Assembly (NCBI GenBank): GCA_903886255.1
Contig: CAISLM010000014.1
Coordinates: forward strand, 13,562 to 77,561
Origin: Candidatus Collierbacteria bacterium
GTDB lineage: Bacteria > Patescibacteriota > Microgenomatia > UBA1400 > MFAQ01
Reading direction: 5' to 3'
DNA length: 64,000 nucleotides
Part shown: positions 9,266-18,805 of the stretch, piece by piece
How positions within the stretch are numbered: position 1 is the first letter of the stretch
How the letters are laid out: each line of letters begins with the position of its first letter
The notes under the pieces: generated by a model
Database searches by the model: none
What the model was told of the DNA's origin: nothing
The model's input: the letters and a program-made list of their open reading frames with translations, nothing else
Position numbers and translations under genes: made by a program

Positions 9266-10552
9266 ATGCCGACTATAATAATCAATCTAAAAAACAAAAT
9301 TGTTGGTCTTCCCATTGCAGCCAAAATAATTATCGGTCTGGTCATTGTTGGTGGAGGCTGGTTAGCTTATTCAAAAATTGCTGCTAGCAAGGCGGCGGCT
9401 CCCACTTATCAAACAGCCCAAGTTGAAAAGGGAACCTTAATTACATCTGTCACTGCCTCGGGGAATATTACTACCGGTAACAACCTAACCATCTCCACAA
9501 CAGCTACGGGAACCGTAAACAAAGTTTATGTTCAAAACGGAGACACAGTAACAGCCGGACAAAAAATTGCCGATATTACTCTAGATCAGGATGGTCTGCA
9601 GAGACAAGCTTCCGCCTGGTCTCAATACATTTCTGCACAAAATAGTGTTAAATCACAAACCGACAATTTAAACTCTCTTCAGGCAGCCGAATTTACCGCC
9701 AATCAAAAATTCATGAACGATGCTGTTGTCAGAGGACTTGATACCTCGGACCCAACCTACATTGAAGAAAATGCTACTTGGCTCCAGGCAGAGGCTAATT
9801 ACACCAACCAATTTAGTTCGATTGCTCAAGCAAAAGCCAATCTAACTAGCGCCTGGTATGCATACCAACAAGTTGCCCCATCCGTCGTTTCTCCGGCCAA
9901 CGGAATTGTATCTAACCTTATGATTGCCAGTGGAACTGTAATTACAGGATCAACATCCGGTTCTTCAAATTCTGTTTCTTCTCAACAACTTGGTTCTATC
10001 AAACGACCTGATGAAAATACCCAAGCAATAGTTTCTCTTTCGGAACTTGACGCAGGTAAAGTTAATCCCGGCCAGAAGGTAACAATTACTATGGATGCTT
10101 ATCCTGATAAAACTTTCACCGGTAAAGTTCTCGTTGTAAACACAAATGGTGCCGTTAGCTCGGGAGTCACCACATACCCTGCCACAATTCAATTTGATAC
10201 GGCCACAGGGAACATCTATCCCAATATGGCAACCACAGCCAAAATCATTACCCAAGTAAAGAACGACGTACTCTTGGCACCATCGACAGCGGTACAAACT
10301 ACCAACGGGTCAACATCTTTAAGAGAATTAGTTAATGGTGTCCTTACAAACGTTCCTGTTGTAGTTGGAGATTCAAATGATACGCAAACAGAAATAGTTT
10401 CCGGCGCTAACGAGGGGGACATGGTAGTTACCAGTATTAGATCAACAAGCGCAACCACAACCAGCACCAATGCCACCTCAATATTTGGGGCTCTAGGTGG
10501 AGCTGCAAGGGGAGGTGTTGGTGGTGGAGCTGCGGTTAGATTCGGAAACTAA
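9266..10552 (+). CDS. efflux transporter periplasmic adaptor (HlyD/MacA-like membrane fusion protein)
   Basis: N-terminal TM anchor and a biotinyl/lipoyl-like hairpin (VQNGDTVTAGQKIADI). Sits immediately upstream of the ABC ATPase + FtsX-like permease. Confidence 0.65.
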   Translation: MPTIIINLKNKIVGLPIAAKIIIGLVIVGGGWLAYSKIAASKAAAPTYQTAQVEKGTLITSVTASGNITTGNNLTISTTATGTVNKVYVQNGDTVTAGQKIADITLDQDGLQRQASAWSQYISAQNSVKSQTDNLNSLQAAEFTANQKFMNDAVVRGLDTSDPTYIEENATWLQAEANYTNQFSSIAQAKANLTSAWYAYQQVAPSVVSPANGIVSNLMIASGTVITGSTSGSSNSVSSQQLGSIKRPDENTQAIVSLSELDAGKVNPGQKVTITMDAYPDKTFTGKVLVVNTNGAVSSGVTTYPATIQFDTATGNIYPNMATTAKIITQVKNDVLLAPSTAVQTTNGSTSLRELVNGVLTNVPVVVGDSNDTQTEIVSGANEGDMVVTSIRSTSATTTSTNATSIFGALGGAARGGVGGGAAVRFGN

Positions 10553-10553
10553 A

Positions 10554-11270
10554 ATGACAGAAAAACCAATAATTGTAACCAGGCACCTGTCTAAGATTTA
10601 CAAGACGGAATCGCTCGAAACTGTTGCCCTAGCGGATGTATCGATCCAAATTAATAAAGGTGAATTTGTGGCCATCATGGGTCCATCCGGGTCAGGAAAA
10701 TCAACCTTAATGCACATACTTGGTGCCCTTGATAAACCGACACAGGGAGAATATATTCTTGATGGAGAAAATGTTGAGAAACTATCTGATGATGAACTGG
10801 CCGACATTAGAAATCGTAAAATTGGCTTTGTTTTTCAAGCCTTTAATCTTCTTCCGCGAACCACGGCTTTAAAAAATGTTATGTTGCCCATGGTTTACGC
10901 GGGAATTCCCAAAGAAGAAAGATTAAAAATAGCCCAAAAATATTTAACCATGGTAGGCCTTGCAGATCGAATGAACCACACTACAAACCAGATTTCCGGT
11001 GGTCAGCAACAACGTGTAGCAATAGCCCGCGCCCTATGTTTGAATCCTGCCATGATTCTTGCAGATGAACCTACCGGAAATATAGCTTCAGCTCAAGCCG
11101 AGGAAATCATGGACATCTTTCAAAAATTAAATCGTGAAGGCCACACTATCGTCATGATTACCCACGAGCCGGACATCGCCGAACACGCTCAGAGAATTAT
11201 TCACATTAAAGACGGAAGAATTGTTTTGGATTCCACCTCACACAAACAAAGATTAATCAACAAAAAATGA
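10554..11270 (+). CDS. ABC transporter ATP-binding protein (MacB/LolD/FtsE-like)
   Basis: Walker A GPSGSGKST, signature LSGGQQQRVAIARAL, Walker B ILADEPTGN. ATG at 10554 directly after the adaptor stop. Confidence 0.85.
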   Translation: MTEKPIIVTRHLSKIYKTESLETVALADVSIQINKGEFVAIMGPSGSGKSTLMHILGALDKPTQGEYILDGENVEKLSDDELADIRNRKIGFVFQAFNLLPRTTALKNVMLPMVYAGIPKEERLKIAQKYLTMVGLADRMNHTTNQISGGQQQRVAIARALCLNPAMILADEPTGNIASAQAEEIMDIFQKLNREGHTIVMITHEPDIAEHAQRIIHIKDGRIVLDSTSHKQRLINKK

Positions 11271-12505
11271 TCAAAAAAAGTATAGACTACGCCGAGGTAC
11301 TTTCGGAAGGCATCGGAACACTAACCTTAAATAAAACCAGAACAGGTCTGGCTATTTTAGGAATTGTTATCGGGATTGGTAGTGTGATTGCTTTAGTTTC
11401 TCTTGGCCAAGCTACACAAGCAAGTATTTCTGCCAGGATAGAATCTTTAGGATCTAATCTTCTCACAATAAATCCGGGTGCCCAAAACACAGGGGCAGTT
11501 AGAGGTGCGGCCGGCAGTCGAACCACTCTCACTTTAGATGACGCTAATGCCATCGCCAATTCGCCTGATATAACTACGATAAATAGTGTCTCCCCCGAAT
11601 TTTCCAGAAGAACACAAATTATTACCGGCGCCAATAACACAAACACTCAAGTTGTTGGTGTTGCGGATACATATACTGAGGTTCATAAAGTCGCCATTGA
11701 TCAAGGAAGCTTCATCACACAAAGAGATGTTGCCGCCATAAATAAGGTGGCCGTGCTCGGCTCTCAAGTGGTTACCGATTTATTTGGTGCCGGCGCTAAC
11801 CCAATAGGACAAACGATTCGGATAAGCGGAAAAACATTTACTATTGTTGGTACTACAGTATCAAAAGGCGGAACCGGTTTCGGGAATCAAGACGACATTG
11901 TTTATGTACCAATTTCAACCGCCCAAAAAGAATTATTTGGTGTAAATTATTTAAGCTCAATCGCACTTGAGGCAAAATCTGCTTCAGTTATGACTGCCGC
12001 CCAAGATGAAGTTGGCTACTTTTTACTCACACGCCATCATCTAAGTGATCCCACCCAAGCTGATTTCTCCATTCTTTCTCAGCAAGACATCCTCAACACA
12101 GCCTCTGCGACAACATCAACCTTTACCTCTTTACTTTCTGGTATCGCTGCCATTTCGCTATTAGTCGGAGGAATCGGCATCATGAATATTATGCTCGTTA
12201 CCGTTACGGAAAGAACTAGGGAGATCGGCTTAAGAAAAGCACTCGGTGCCCAAAAAAGAAATATTATTGCTCAGTTTTTAACTGAATCAATTATTCTCAC
12301 CTTTACCGGTGGAATTATTGGTATATTTTTCGGAATCGCAGCCTCCTATATCATTTCTCGCCTCACAAGCTCAGGTTTTGTCATCTCACCCTCATCAATT
12401 CTTCTGGCATTTGTAGTTTCAGCAGGTATCGGAATTTTATTTGGATGGTACCCTGCCCAAAGAGCTGCAAATCTTCAACCGATTGAGGCTCTTAGATATG
12501 AATAA
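11267..12505 (+). CDS. ABC transporter permease, FtsX/MacB-type
   Basis: N-terminal TM segment, large periplasmic domain, C-terminal 3-TM FtsX-like bundle (GIGIMNIMLVTVTERTREIGLRKALGA). ATGA overlap with the ATPase. Confidence 0.8.
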   Translation: MIKKSIDYAEVLSEGIGTLTLNKTRTGLAILGIVIGIGSVIALVSLGQATQASISARIESLGSNLLTINPGAQNTGAVRGAAGSRTTLTLDDANAIANSPDITTINSVSPEFSRRTQIITGANNTNTQVVGVADTYTEVHKVAIDQGSFITQRDVAAINKVAVLGSQVVTDLFGAGANPIGQTIRISGKTFTIVGTTVSKGGTGFGNQDDIVYVPISTAQKELFGVNYLSSIALEAKSASVMTAAQDEVGYFLLTRHHLSDPTQADFSILSQQDILNTASATTSTFTSLLSGIAAISLLVGGIGIMNIMLVTVTERTREIGLRKALGAQKRNIIAQFLTESIILTFTGGIIGIFFGIAASYIISRLTSSGFVISPSSILLAFVVSAGIGILFGWYPAQRAANLQPIEALRYE

Positions 12506-12524
12506 TTATTAATTAATAAAATAT

Positions 12525-12965
12525 ATGAACAAAAATCTCACTACAACTATTATCGTTGCAGTAATTGCTATTGCGATTGGCTTTTTCGCGGGCACCAAAT
12601 ATCAAGCATCTAAAGCCACATCTGCTGCCGCTACTCTTCGAGCTCAGTTTGCAGCGGGAGGGACAGGACGAGGAACGGGTGGAGGAAGATTGGGTGCCGG
12701 TGGCGGTCAGGTAACCGGAACGATACTAAGCGCGGATAGTGGTTCGATTACTGTGAAGCTTCAAGACGGGAGCTCAAAGATCGTAATCATAAGCGGGTCA
12801 ACTGCCATTGATAAAACGGCTGTTGGATCGATGAATGATCTCTCTGTCGGCACACGAGTCGGCGTGTTTGGCACCACTAACTCTGATGGTAGCGTAACGG
12901 CTCAAAATGTTCAGGTAAACCCTGCTATGAGAACGGCAACGCCCAGTGCTGCGCCAACAAAATAG
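12525..12965 (+). CDS. membrane-anchored Gly-rich beta-rich small protein (DUF5666-like?)
   Basis: N-terminal TM anchor and a GGTGRGTGGGRLGAGGG linker, followed by repetitive beta-strand-like segments (ITVKLQDGSSKIVIISGSTAIDKT...). Confidence 0.45.
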   Translation: MNKNLTTTIIVAVIAIAIGFFAGTKYQASKATSAAATLRAQFAAGGTGRGTGGGRLGAGGGQVTGTILSADSGSITVKLQDGSSKIVIISGSTAIDKTAVGSMNDLSVGTRVGVFGTTNSDGSVTAQNVQVNPAMRTATPSAAPTK

Positions 12966-12984
12966 CATTGACTATCTGCCTAAC

Positions 12985-13012
12985 AAAAATCTCCCATTTC
13001 GGGGGATTTTTG
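12985..13012 (+). terminator. rho-independent terminator
   Basis: ATCTCCCatttcGGGGGAT stem-loop followed by TTTTGTT, downstream of the 12525..12965 gene. Confidence 0.55.
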
Positions 13013-13057
13013 TTATTGATAAGACACCAAACAAGCAATTTATGTTAATCTTAATTA

Positions 13058-15907
13058 ATGAGAGATTTGCGTGGGTTATTTTCGCCAAAATCCGTAACAA
13101 TAATTGGAGCATCGAAGTCCCCGGAAAAAGTAGGAGCAATCGTTTTAAAAAATATTATTGACTCCGGTTTCAAGGGAGCCGTGTACCCTGTTAATCCCAA
13201 AGAAACTGACATCTCCGGACTAAAGTGTTTCCCAAATGTAAATAGTCTCCCGGAAATTCCTGATTTGGCTGTGTTTGCTATTCCTTCTTCCGTTGCCATT
13301 GGTGTCCTGGAAGAAGTCGGAATAAAAGGCATAAAAAATGCAGTCATTTTTACCGCCGGATTTAAAGAGATTGGCAGAGAAGGGGAGATCTTAGAAAAAG
13401 AGCTTGTAGACGTTGCCAATAAATATCAAATTAATGTGTTGGGACCAAATTGTTTAGGATTTGCGAATAATAATTTGCCAATAAATGTTACCTTCGGACA
13501 AGTAGTCAAGGAACAAGGTAATCTTCGGATTATTTCTCAATCCGGAGCTATTGCTGCCAGTCTCTTTGATTGGTGTCAAACAACAAAGCTTGGATTTGGT
13601 GAATTCATCACAATCGGAAATAAAGCTGTAGTGACCGAAAATGACGTCTTAAATTACTGGGCGTCAAATCCTCAACCCATCATCGATCAGCCGGGAATTT
13701 CCAAAGTTTCACCTATTGGCTTATATTTAGAATCAATCGCCCAAGGCGAGGATTTTGTTAAAATCGCCACAGAAATTTCCAAAACAACACCCATATTTGC
13801 ACTTAAACCCGGTAAATCTATCGCAGCCGCATCAGCTATGCATTCGCACACCGGAGCTATCGCCGGTGTTGATAGCGTTCTTGACATCGCACTAAAACAG
13901 TCAGGGGTTATTCGATGTGCAGATTTAAATGTATTTTTTGATTTGGCGAGAGCCTTTTCTTGGGAAAATGTTCCTAAAGGCCCAAGAGTCGCTGTTGTAT
14001 CCAATGCCGGTGGTCCAGCTGTTCTTAGTACTGACTCTATTGAAGAATTTGGTTTACAAATGGCCCAGTTTGGATCAGAAACTCAAAAAAAATTAGCCGC
14101 CTTTTTGCCAAGGATGGCCAGCTTCCTTAATCCCGTTGATGTTTTGGGAGATGCTTTGGCAGACCGGTTTGGTCATGCCCTTGAAGCTGTTTTGCAGGAG
14201 CCGACTGTCGATGCCGCTATCGTCATTCTTACTCCTCAGTTAATGACTCAGATAGAAAAAACTGCCGAAATAATCGGCAATATGTCCGCCAAATTTTTTC
14301 AGCCGATTTTATGCTCATTTATTGGAGGAAGTTTGGCCGCGGTAGGAGAAAAAAAATTAAATGAATGTAAAATTCCTTCGTTCCCCTTTCCCGAAATGTC
14401 TATAAAAACACTTTCGTTGATGTGGAAATGGCAAGATTGGAGAAACAAAAACATCACTTTACCAACGCCCGAAGAATCTCTCTCTCAAAATACTGATACA
14501 GTAAAAAATATTTTATCTTCAGCCAGAGCCAATCGCCAACTAAATCTTGATAGCTTTGCGGCAAACGATGTCATGGTTGCCGCCGGGATCTCAACACCAC
14601 CCACACTCTCGGTGTCAGACTCATCCCAAGCACAGCAATTTGCCGACAAAGAAGGTTGGCCGGTCGTCCTAAAAATTTCGTCACCCAATCTATTACATAA
14701 GGCAGACGTTGGCGGGGTCATTGCACATATCCACAACACAAACGAGTTGTTGATTGCAGGAAATAAAATAATCCAACAAATTAGAACATTAGATCAGGAA
14801 ACAAAAAGTGGTGCCAAAATTCAAATTCAAAAAGAAATCATTGGCGGTGTCGAAGTAATCGTCGGAGTCAAAAGAGATCCTAATTTCGGACCGGTTATTT
14901 TGTTTGGAGCCGGAGGAAAATTCGCAGAGCTGCTGGTAGACAGGAACCTTCATCTTTTGCCTATCAACCGCGAGCAAGCCAAGCAATTAGTTGCCGGCTC
15001 AAAAGTTTATACGTTATTAAACGGATTCCGAGGGGATGAATCATACGATCTAGAGCCTTTGTACAGTACGATAATTCGTCTTGGACAGCTTGCTGAAATG
15101 GTCCCCGATATTGCTGAAATAGAAATCAATCCACTAATTATTACTCACAACGGAGTTTGGGCGGTAGACAGTAAGGTTGTCTTAACACAGCCAACCGACC
15201 GACCACTCAACATTCCTAAATTTAACTCTGCAACGGCTATTTCTCACAATATTCTTTCTCCAAATATTCACGAAATCGAGTTTCAAACTCAACTTCCAAT
15301 AGTAATCAAGTCCGGACAATTTATCAGTGTTAGAGTTAGTGATCAAAGAATCAACGCCTACTCAATCGCTGGGTCAACCGACCCAAATCATTTCCAACTA
15401 TTGATAGATGTCAGTCCTCAAGGCGTCGGTTCAAAATATTTTGAAAATTTGAAAGTAGGAGAAACAATTACTTTCTTAGGACCGGTCGGTTTATTTAATC
15501 TAAAGCCGGACGATGGCTCCCAACAACTTCTTTTCTTAGGAACAGGGTCGGGAATTGTTCCCCTGAAATTTATTATTGAAGATGCTCTAAAAAACAAAAA
15601 TATCACTCAACCAATCTCGCTTTATTTTGGCTTAAGATACAAAGAAGATATTTTTTGGCAAGATATTTTCGATGATTTAACCGGTAAATATCCCAATTTT
15701 CATTACAAACTTTGCTTGTCCAAACCAACGGAAGATTGGACAGGATACAAAGGGCATATCACCGACCTCGTTCACCAAGAGTTTCCTGACACTTCGCGAT
15801 GCGGTGCCTATTTGTGTGGCGGCAAGACAATGGTAGAAGAATCATCTAATATATTACTTAGCTCTGGTTGTCCGGCCGAAAGGATATATTCAGAAAAATT
15901 TAATTAA
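13058..15907 (+). CDS. acetate--CoA ligase (ADP-forming), fused alpha+beta, with C-terminal ferredoxin-NADP reductase-like FAD/NAD(P) domain
   Basis: N-terminal CoA-binding/ligase-CoA region (SVTIIGAS...VNP...NVLGPNCLG), central ATP-grasp-like part, C-terminal ~230 aa with FNR motifs RINAYSIAGS (RxYS), LFLGTGSGIVPL, YLCGGKTMVE, ERIYSEKF. Confidence 0.8.
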   Translation: MRDLRGLFSPKSVTIIGASKSPEKVGAIVLKNIIDSGFKGAVYPVNPKETDISGLKCFPNVNSLPEIPDLAVFAIPSSVAIGVLEEVGIKGIKNAVIFTAGFKEIGREGEILEKELVDVANKYQINVLGPNCLGFANNNLPINVTFGQVVKEQGNLRIISQSGAIAASLFDWCQTTKLGFGEFITIGNKAVVTENDVLNYWASNPQPIIDQPGISKVSPIGLYLESIAQGEDFVKIATEISKTTPIFALKPGKSIAAASAMHSHTGAIAGVDSVLDIALKQSGVIRCADLNVFFDLARAFSWENVPKGPRVAVVSNAGGPAVLSTDSIEEFGLQMAQFGSETQKKLAAFLPRMASFLNPVDVLGDALADRFGHALEAVLQEPTVDAAIVILTPQLMTQIEKTAEIIGNMSAKFFQPILCSFIGGSLAAVGEKKLNECKIPSFPFPEMSIKTLSLMWKWQDWRNKNITLPTPEESLSQNTDTVKNILSSARANRQLNLDSFAANDVMVAAGISTPPTLSVSDSSQAQQFADKEGWPVVLKISSPNLLHKADVGGVIAHIHNTNELLIAGNKIIQQIRTLDQETKSGAKIQIQKEIIGGVEVIVGVKRDPNFGPVILFGAGGKFAELLVDRNLHLLPINREQAKQLVAGSKVYTLLNGFRGDESYDLEPLYSTIIRLGQLAEMVPDIAEIEINPLIITHNGVWAVDSKVVLTQPTDRPLNIPKFNSATAISHNILSPNIHEIEFQTQLPIVIKSGQFISVRVSDQRINAYSIAGSTDPNHFQLLIDVSPQGVGSKYFENLKVGETITFLGPVGLFNLKPDDGSQQLLFLGTGSGIVPLKFIIEDALKNKNITQPISLYFGLRYKEDIFWQDIFDDLTGKYPNFHYKLCLSKPTEDWTGYKGHITDLVHQEFPDTSRCGAYLCGGKTMVEESSNILLSSGCPAERIYSEKFN

Positions 15908-15916
15908 ATCATATTT

Positions 15917-17635
15917 ATGTCAAATAAAGTCTACTCAATAAAAATAGGAGGAATGGCGGGTCAAGGTATAAAAAGTGCCGGATTAAATTTTGCCAAAGTT
16001 GCAGCCAGATCAGGTTATAACATCTACAACTATATTGAGTACCCTTCATTAATCAGGGGTGGCCACAATGTTATGCAAACTACTTTCTCTTTGGATGAGG
16101 TTCATTCACAGATTCAGTCTGTTGATTTTTTAATTGCTCTCAATCAAGAAACAATTAACCTTCATAAAGACGAATTAGTTTCAGGAGCAGGTATCATCTT
16201 TGAAGACGAAGGGAAAATTGATGCAACCGCCTGTAAAGACAAATGCCGACTTTTCGCAGTCCCTCTAAAAAAACTGGCCACTGAAGCCGGAGGTCAGGAA
16301 ATAGTTTCAAACAATGTTGCTCTTGGAGCATCTATTTCCTTAATGGGAGGAGACATAAAATATCTATTCGACTTAATCGATGAGGATTTTTCTTTCAAAC
16401 CGGAAATTGCCGAAATAAATAAAAAAGCTGCTCAATCCGGTTATGAATATGCCCAAACAAATTTCCCCAATAAATTTGATTCGTTGCTTACACCCCAAAA
16501 AAACGCCAATAAAAAAATTGTAGTCAATGGTACTGATGGAGTGGCCTTCGGTGCAATTGCGGCCGGACTTCAATATACAGCTATATATCCCATGTCACCG
16601 ACCTCAAACATTCTAACCATTCTCGCCGCCAATCAACGCGAATATGGATATATATACAAACAAGCAGAAGATGAAATTGCTGCCATAAATATGTCTCTTG
16701 GAGCCTCTTTTGCCGGAGCAAGAGCTATGACAACCACATCTGGTGGCGGGTTTTGTCTTATGACCGAAGGTTTTGGCTTAGCTGGGCAAACTGAAACGCC
16801 TATTGTCATTGTCGAGGGCATGAGAGGAGGCCCCGGTACCGGTTTGCCAACCTGGAGTGAACAGGGTGACTTGCGTATGGTGCTTCACGCGCACCAAGGT
16901 GAATTTCCCAGAATCGTAGTTGCCGCAGGCGATGCAGAGGAAGCTTTCCATCAAATAATGCTCGCCTTTAATCTTGCCGAAAAGTATCAAACGCCTGTTG
17001 TACTTTTGGTAGATAAAAATATTTTGGACGATGAACAAACATTCCCTAAATTCGACTATTCTTCATATCAGATTAATCGTGGCAAGATGGTCAGAGAAAA
17101 GGATCCTGAATACCACCGCTATGTCGTTACAGATGACGGCATTTCTCCTAGAACCATTCCGGGAGTAGGAAATCACCTTGTCGCCAATTCTGATGAACAT
17201 AACTCCTATGGTTATTCCAGCGAAACAATCTCCGACCGAAATGAACAAGTTCAAAAAAGATTGAGAAAACTAGAAACCTGTGCCAAAGAAGATATGGGAA
17301 AACCCATACTTTTTGGTCCTGAAAATGCAGAGATAACTATTGTTTCCTGGGGTAGTTGCAAAGGACCAATTTTGGAGGCTATGAAGGATTATCCCTTTGT
17401 AAATTACCTTCACATAAATTGGATTAATCCGTTCCCGGCAGACGCAATTAAAGCCATTCTTTCACGTTCCACGTACCTTTTAGATATCGAGTGCAACAGC
17501 ACGGCTCAGATGGCTGGTTTAATTAGGGAAAAAACGGGTATTGACATACTTGATAGATTTTTAAAGAACGACGGCCGTCCATTTTTCCCGGAAGAGATTA
17601 AAGATAAAATTAACAGTATTATAAAAACACGATGA
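15917..17635 (+). CDS. 2-oxoacid:ferredoxin oxidoreductase subunit alpha (gamma-alpha fused)
   Basis: N-terminal POR/KOR gamma-type domain (GGMAGQGIKSAG), then the alpha domain (TDGVAFGAIAAG...PMSPTS...GGGFCLMTEG). Confidence 0.85.
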   Translation: MSNKVYSIKIGGMAGQGIKSAGLNFAKVAARSGYNIYNYIEYPSLIRGGHNVMQTTFSLDEVHSQIQSVDFLIALNQETINLHKDELVSGAGIIFEDEGKIDATACKDKCRLFAVPLKKLATEAGGQEIVSNNVALGASISLMGGDIKYLFDLIDEDFSFKPEIAEINKKAAQSGYEYAQTNFPNKFDSLLTPQKNANKKIVVNGTDGVAFGAIAAGLQYTAIYPMSPTSNILTILAANQREYGYIYKQAEDEIAAINMSLGASFAGARAMTTTSGGGFCLMTEGFGLAGQTETPIVIVEGMRGGPGTGLPTWSEQGDLRMVLHAHQGEFPRIVVAAGDAEEAFHQIMLAFNLAEKYQTPVVLLVDKNILDDEQTFPKFDYSSYQINRGKMVREKDPEYHRYVVTDDGISPRTIPGVGNHLVANSDEHNSYGYSSETISDRNEQVQKRLRKLETCAKEDMGKPILFGPENAEITIVSWGSCKGPILEAMKDYPFVNYLHINWINPFPADAIKAILSRSTYLLDIECNSTAQMAGLIREKTGIDILDRFLKNDGRPFFPEEIKDKINSIIKTR

Positions 17636-18489
17636 TAACCGCTGCAGAATTAGCCACTCCAAATTTTCCGAACTGGTGCCCGGGTTGTGGCAACTTTGGT
17701 ATTTGGGCTGCTTTTAAAAACGCCGCCGTCACATCAGACTGGGACAATACAAATACCGCTTTTGTCGCCGGCATAGGCTGCCATGGGCATATGGTCAATT
17801 TTGTTAAACTTACCTCGTTCGAGGGACTGCACGGAAGACCAATTCCTGTGGCAACAGGAATAAAGATGGCTAATCACAGATTAAATGTTTTTGTTTTTAC
17901 CGGTGATGGCGATTGTCTCGGTGAAGGCGGAAATCATTTTATCAACGCAGCCCGGAGAAATCACAACATTACAGTCCTCTTACACAACAATAATATTTAT
18001 GGTCTGACCACCGGCCAAACCTCTCCCACCACCAGGAAAGATTTCCCAACCAAATCCACCCCGGACGGCAATCCCGATGAACCGTTTAAAGTTTTAAATC
18101 TGGCCATCGCCGCCGGAGCCACTTTTGCAGCCAGGGTCTACGCCAATGATATTGCCGGTCTTTCGGCCATGATCATTAAAGCTAATGAGCATCAGGGATT
18201 TTCTGTCGTGGAAATGCTCCAGCCCTGCATTACCTTCAACAAAGAATGTTCTCCCACTTTCTTTACGGATAATACTTATAAACTTCCCGATTCTTACGAT
18301 CCGACCAATATTGCTGCCGCTCTAGAAAAAACCTTGGAATTCGGTGAAAAACAAATTCCGGTAGGACTATTTTATAAAGTTGACAAACCAACTGCCGAAT
18401 CAGAATTTCCTCAGATAGATGCAAAGCCTTTAGTTGATAATCAAGTTGAAAAAAGAGATGTTTCCGAACTTTTGCAAACCCTTTATTAA
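17632..18489 (+). CDS. 2-oxoacid:ferredoxin oxidoreductase subunit beta (TPP-binding)
   Basis: WCPGCGNFG...GIGCHG...FTGDGDCLGEGGNHF TPP/Mg-binding pattern. ATGA overlap with the alpha subunit. Confidence 0.85.
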   Translation: MITAAELATPNFPNWCPGCGNFGIWAAFKNAAVTSDWDNTNTAFVAGIGCHGHMVNFVKLTSFEGLHGRPIPVATGIKMANHRLNVFVFTGDGDCLGEGGNHFINAARRNHNITVLLHNNNIYGLTTGQTSPTTRKDFPTKSTPDGNPDEPFKVLNLAIAAGATFAARVYANDIAGLSAMIIKANEHQGFSVVEMLQPCITFNKECSPTFFTDNTYKLPDSYDPTNIAAALEKTLEFGEKQIPVGLFYKVDKPTAESEFPQIDAKPLVDNQVEKRDVSELLQTLY

Positions 18490-18541
18490 TTAACAATGTC
18501 ATTCCCGACCGAGGTCGTGGAATCTATACAAATTACAAAAT

Positions 18542-18805
18542 ATGGATAATCAAACGCCAGCAACAGATAAAGAAGTCATGGTCGGTAAATACAAAGTTAA
18601 AGTTGTTCGCAATATGTGCATCGGAGCAGCCACTTGTGTCGCAGTAGCCGCCGCCAATTTTCAGCTGGATTCGGAAAACAAAGCAGTCCCGGCAGAAGGA
18701 GGAGCCGATTTGGAAGCAGCGGTTCTTTTGGCCGCCCAATCATGTCCCACCAAAGCCATTGTGATTATTGATACCACCACCGGCAAACAAGTCTGGCCCG
18801 ACTAA
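18542..18805 (+). CDS. small single-cluster ferredoxin
   Basis: CIGAATC...CP spacing typical of mono-cluster [3Fe/4Fe-4S] ferredoxins. The real start is possibly the internal MVGKYKV (~18578). Confidence 0.6.
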   Translation: MDNQTPATDKEVMVGKYKVKVVRNMCIGAATCVAVAAANFQLDSENKAVPAEGGADLEAAVLLAAQSCPTKAIVIIDTTTGKQVWPD

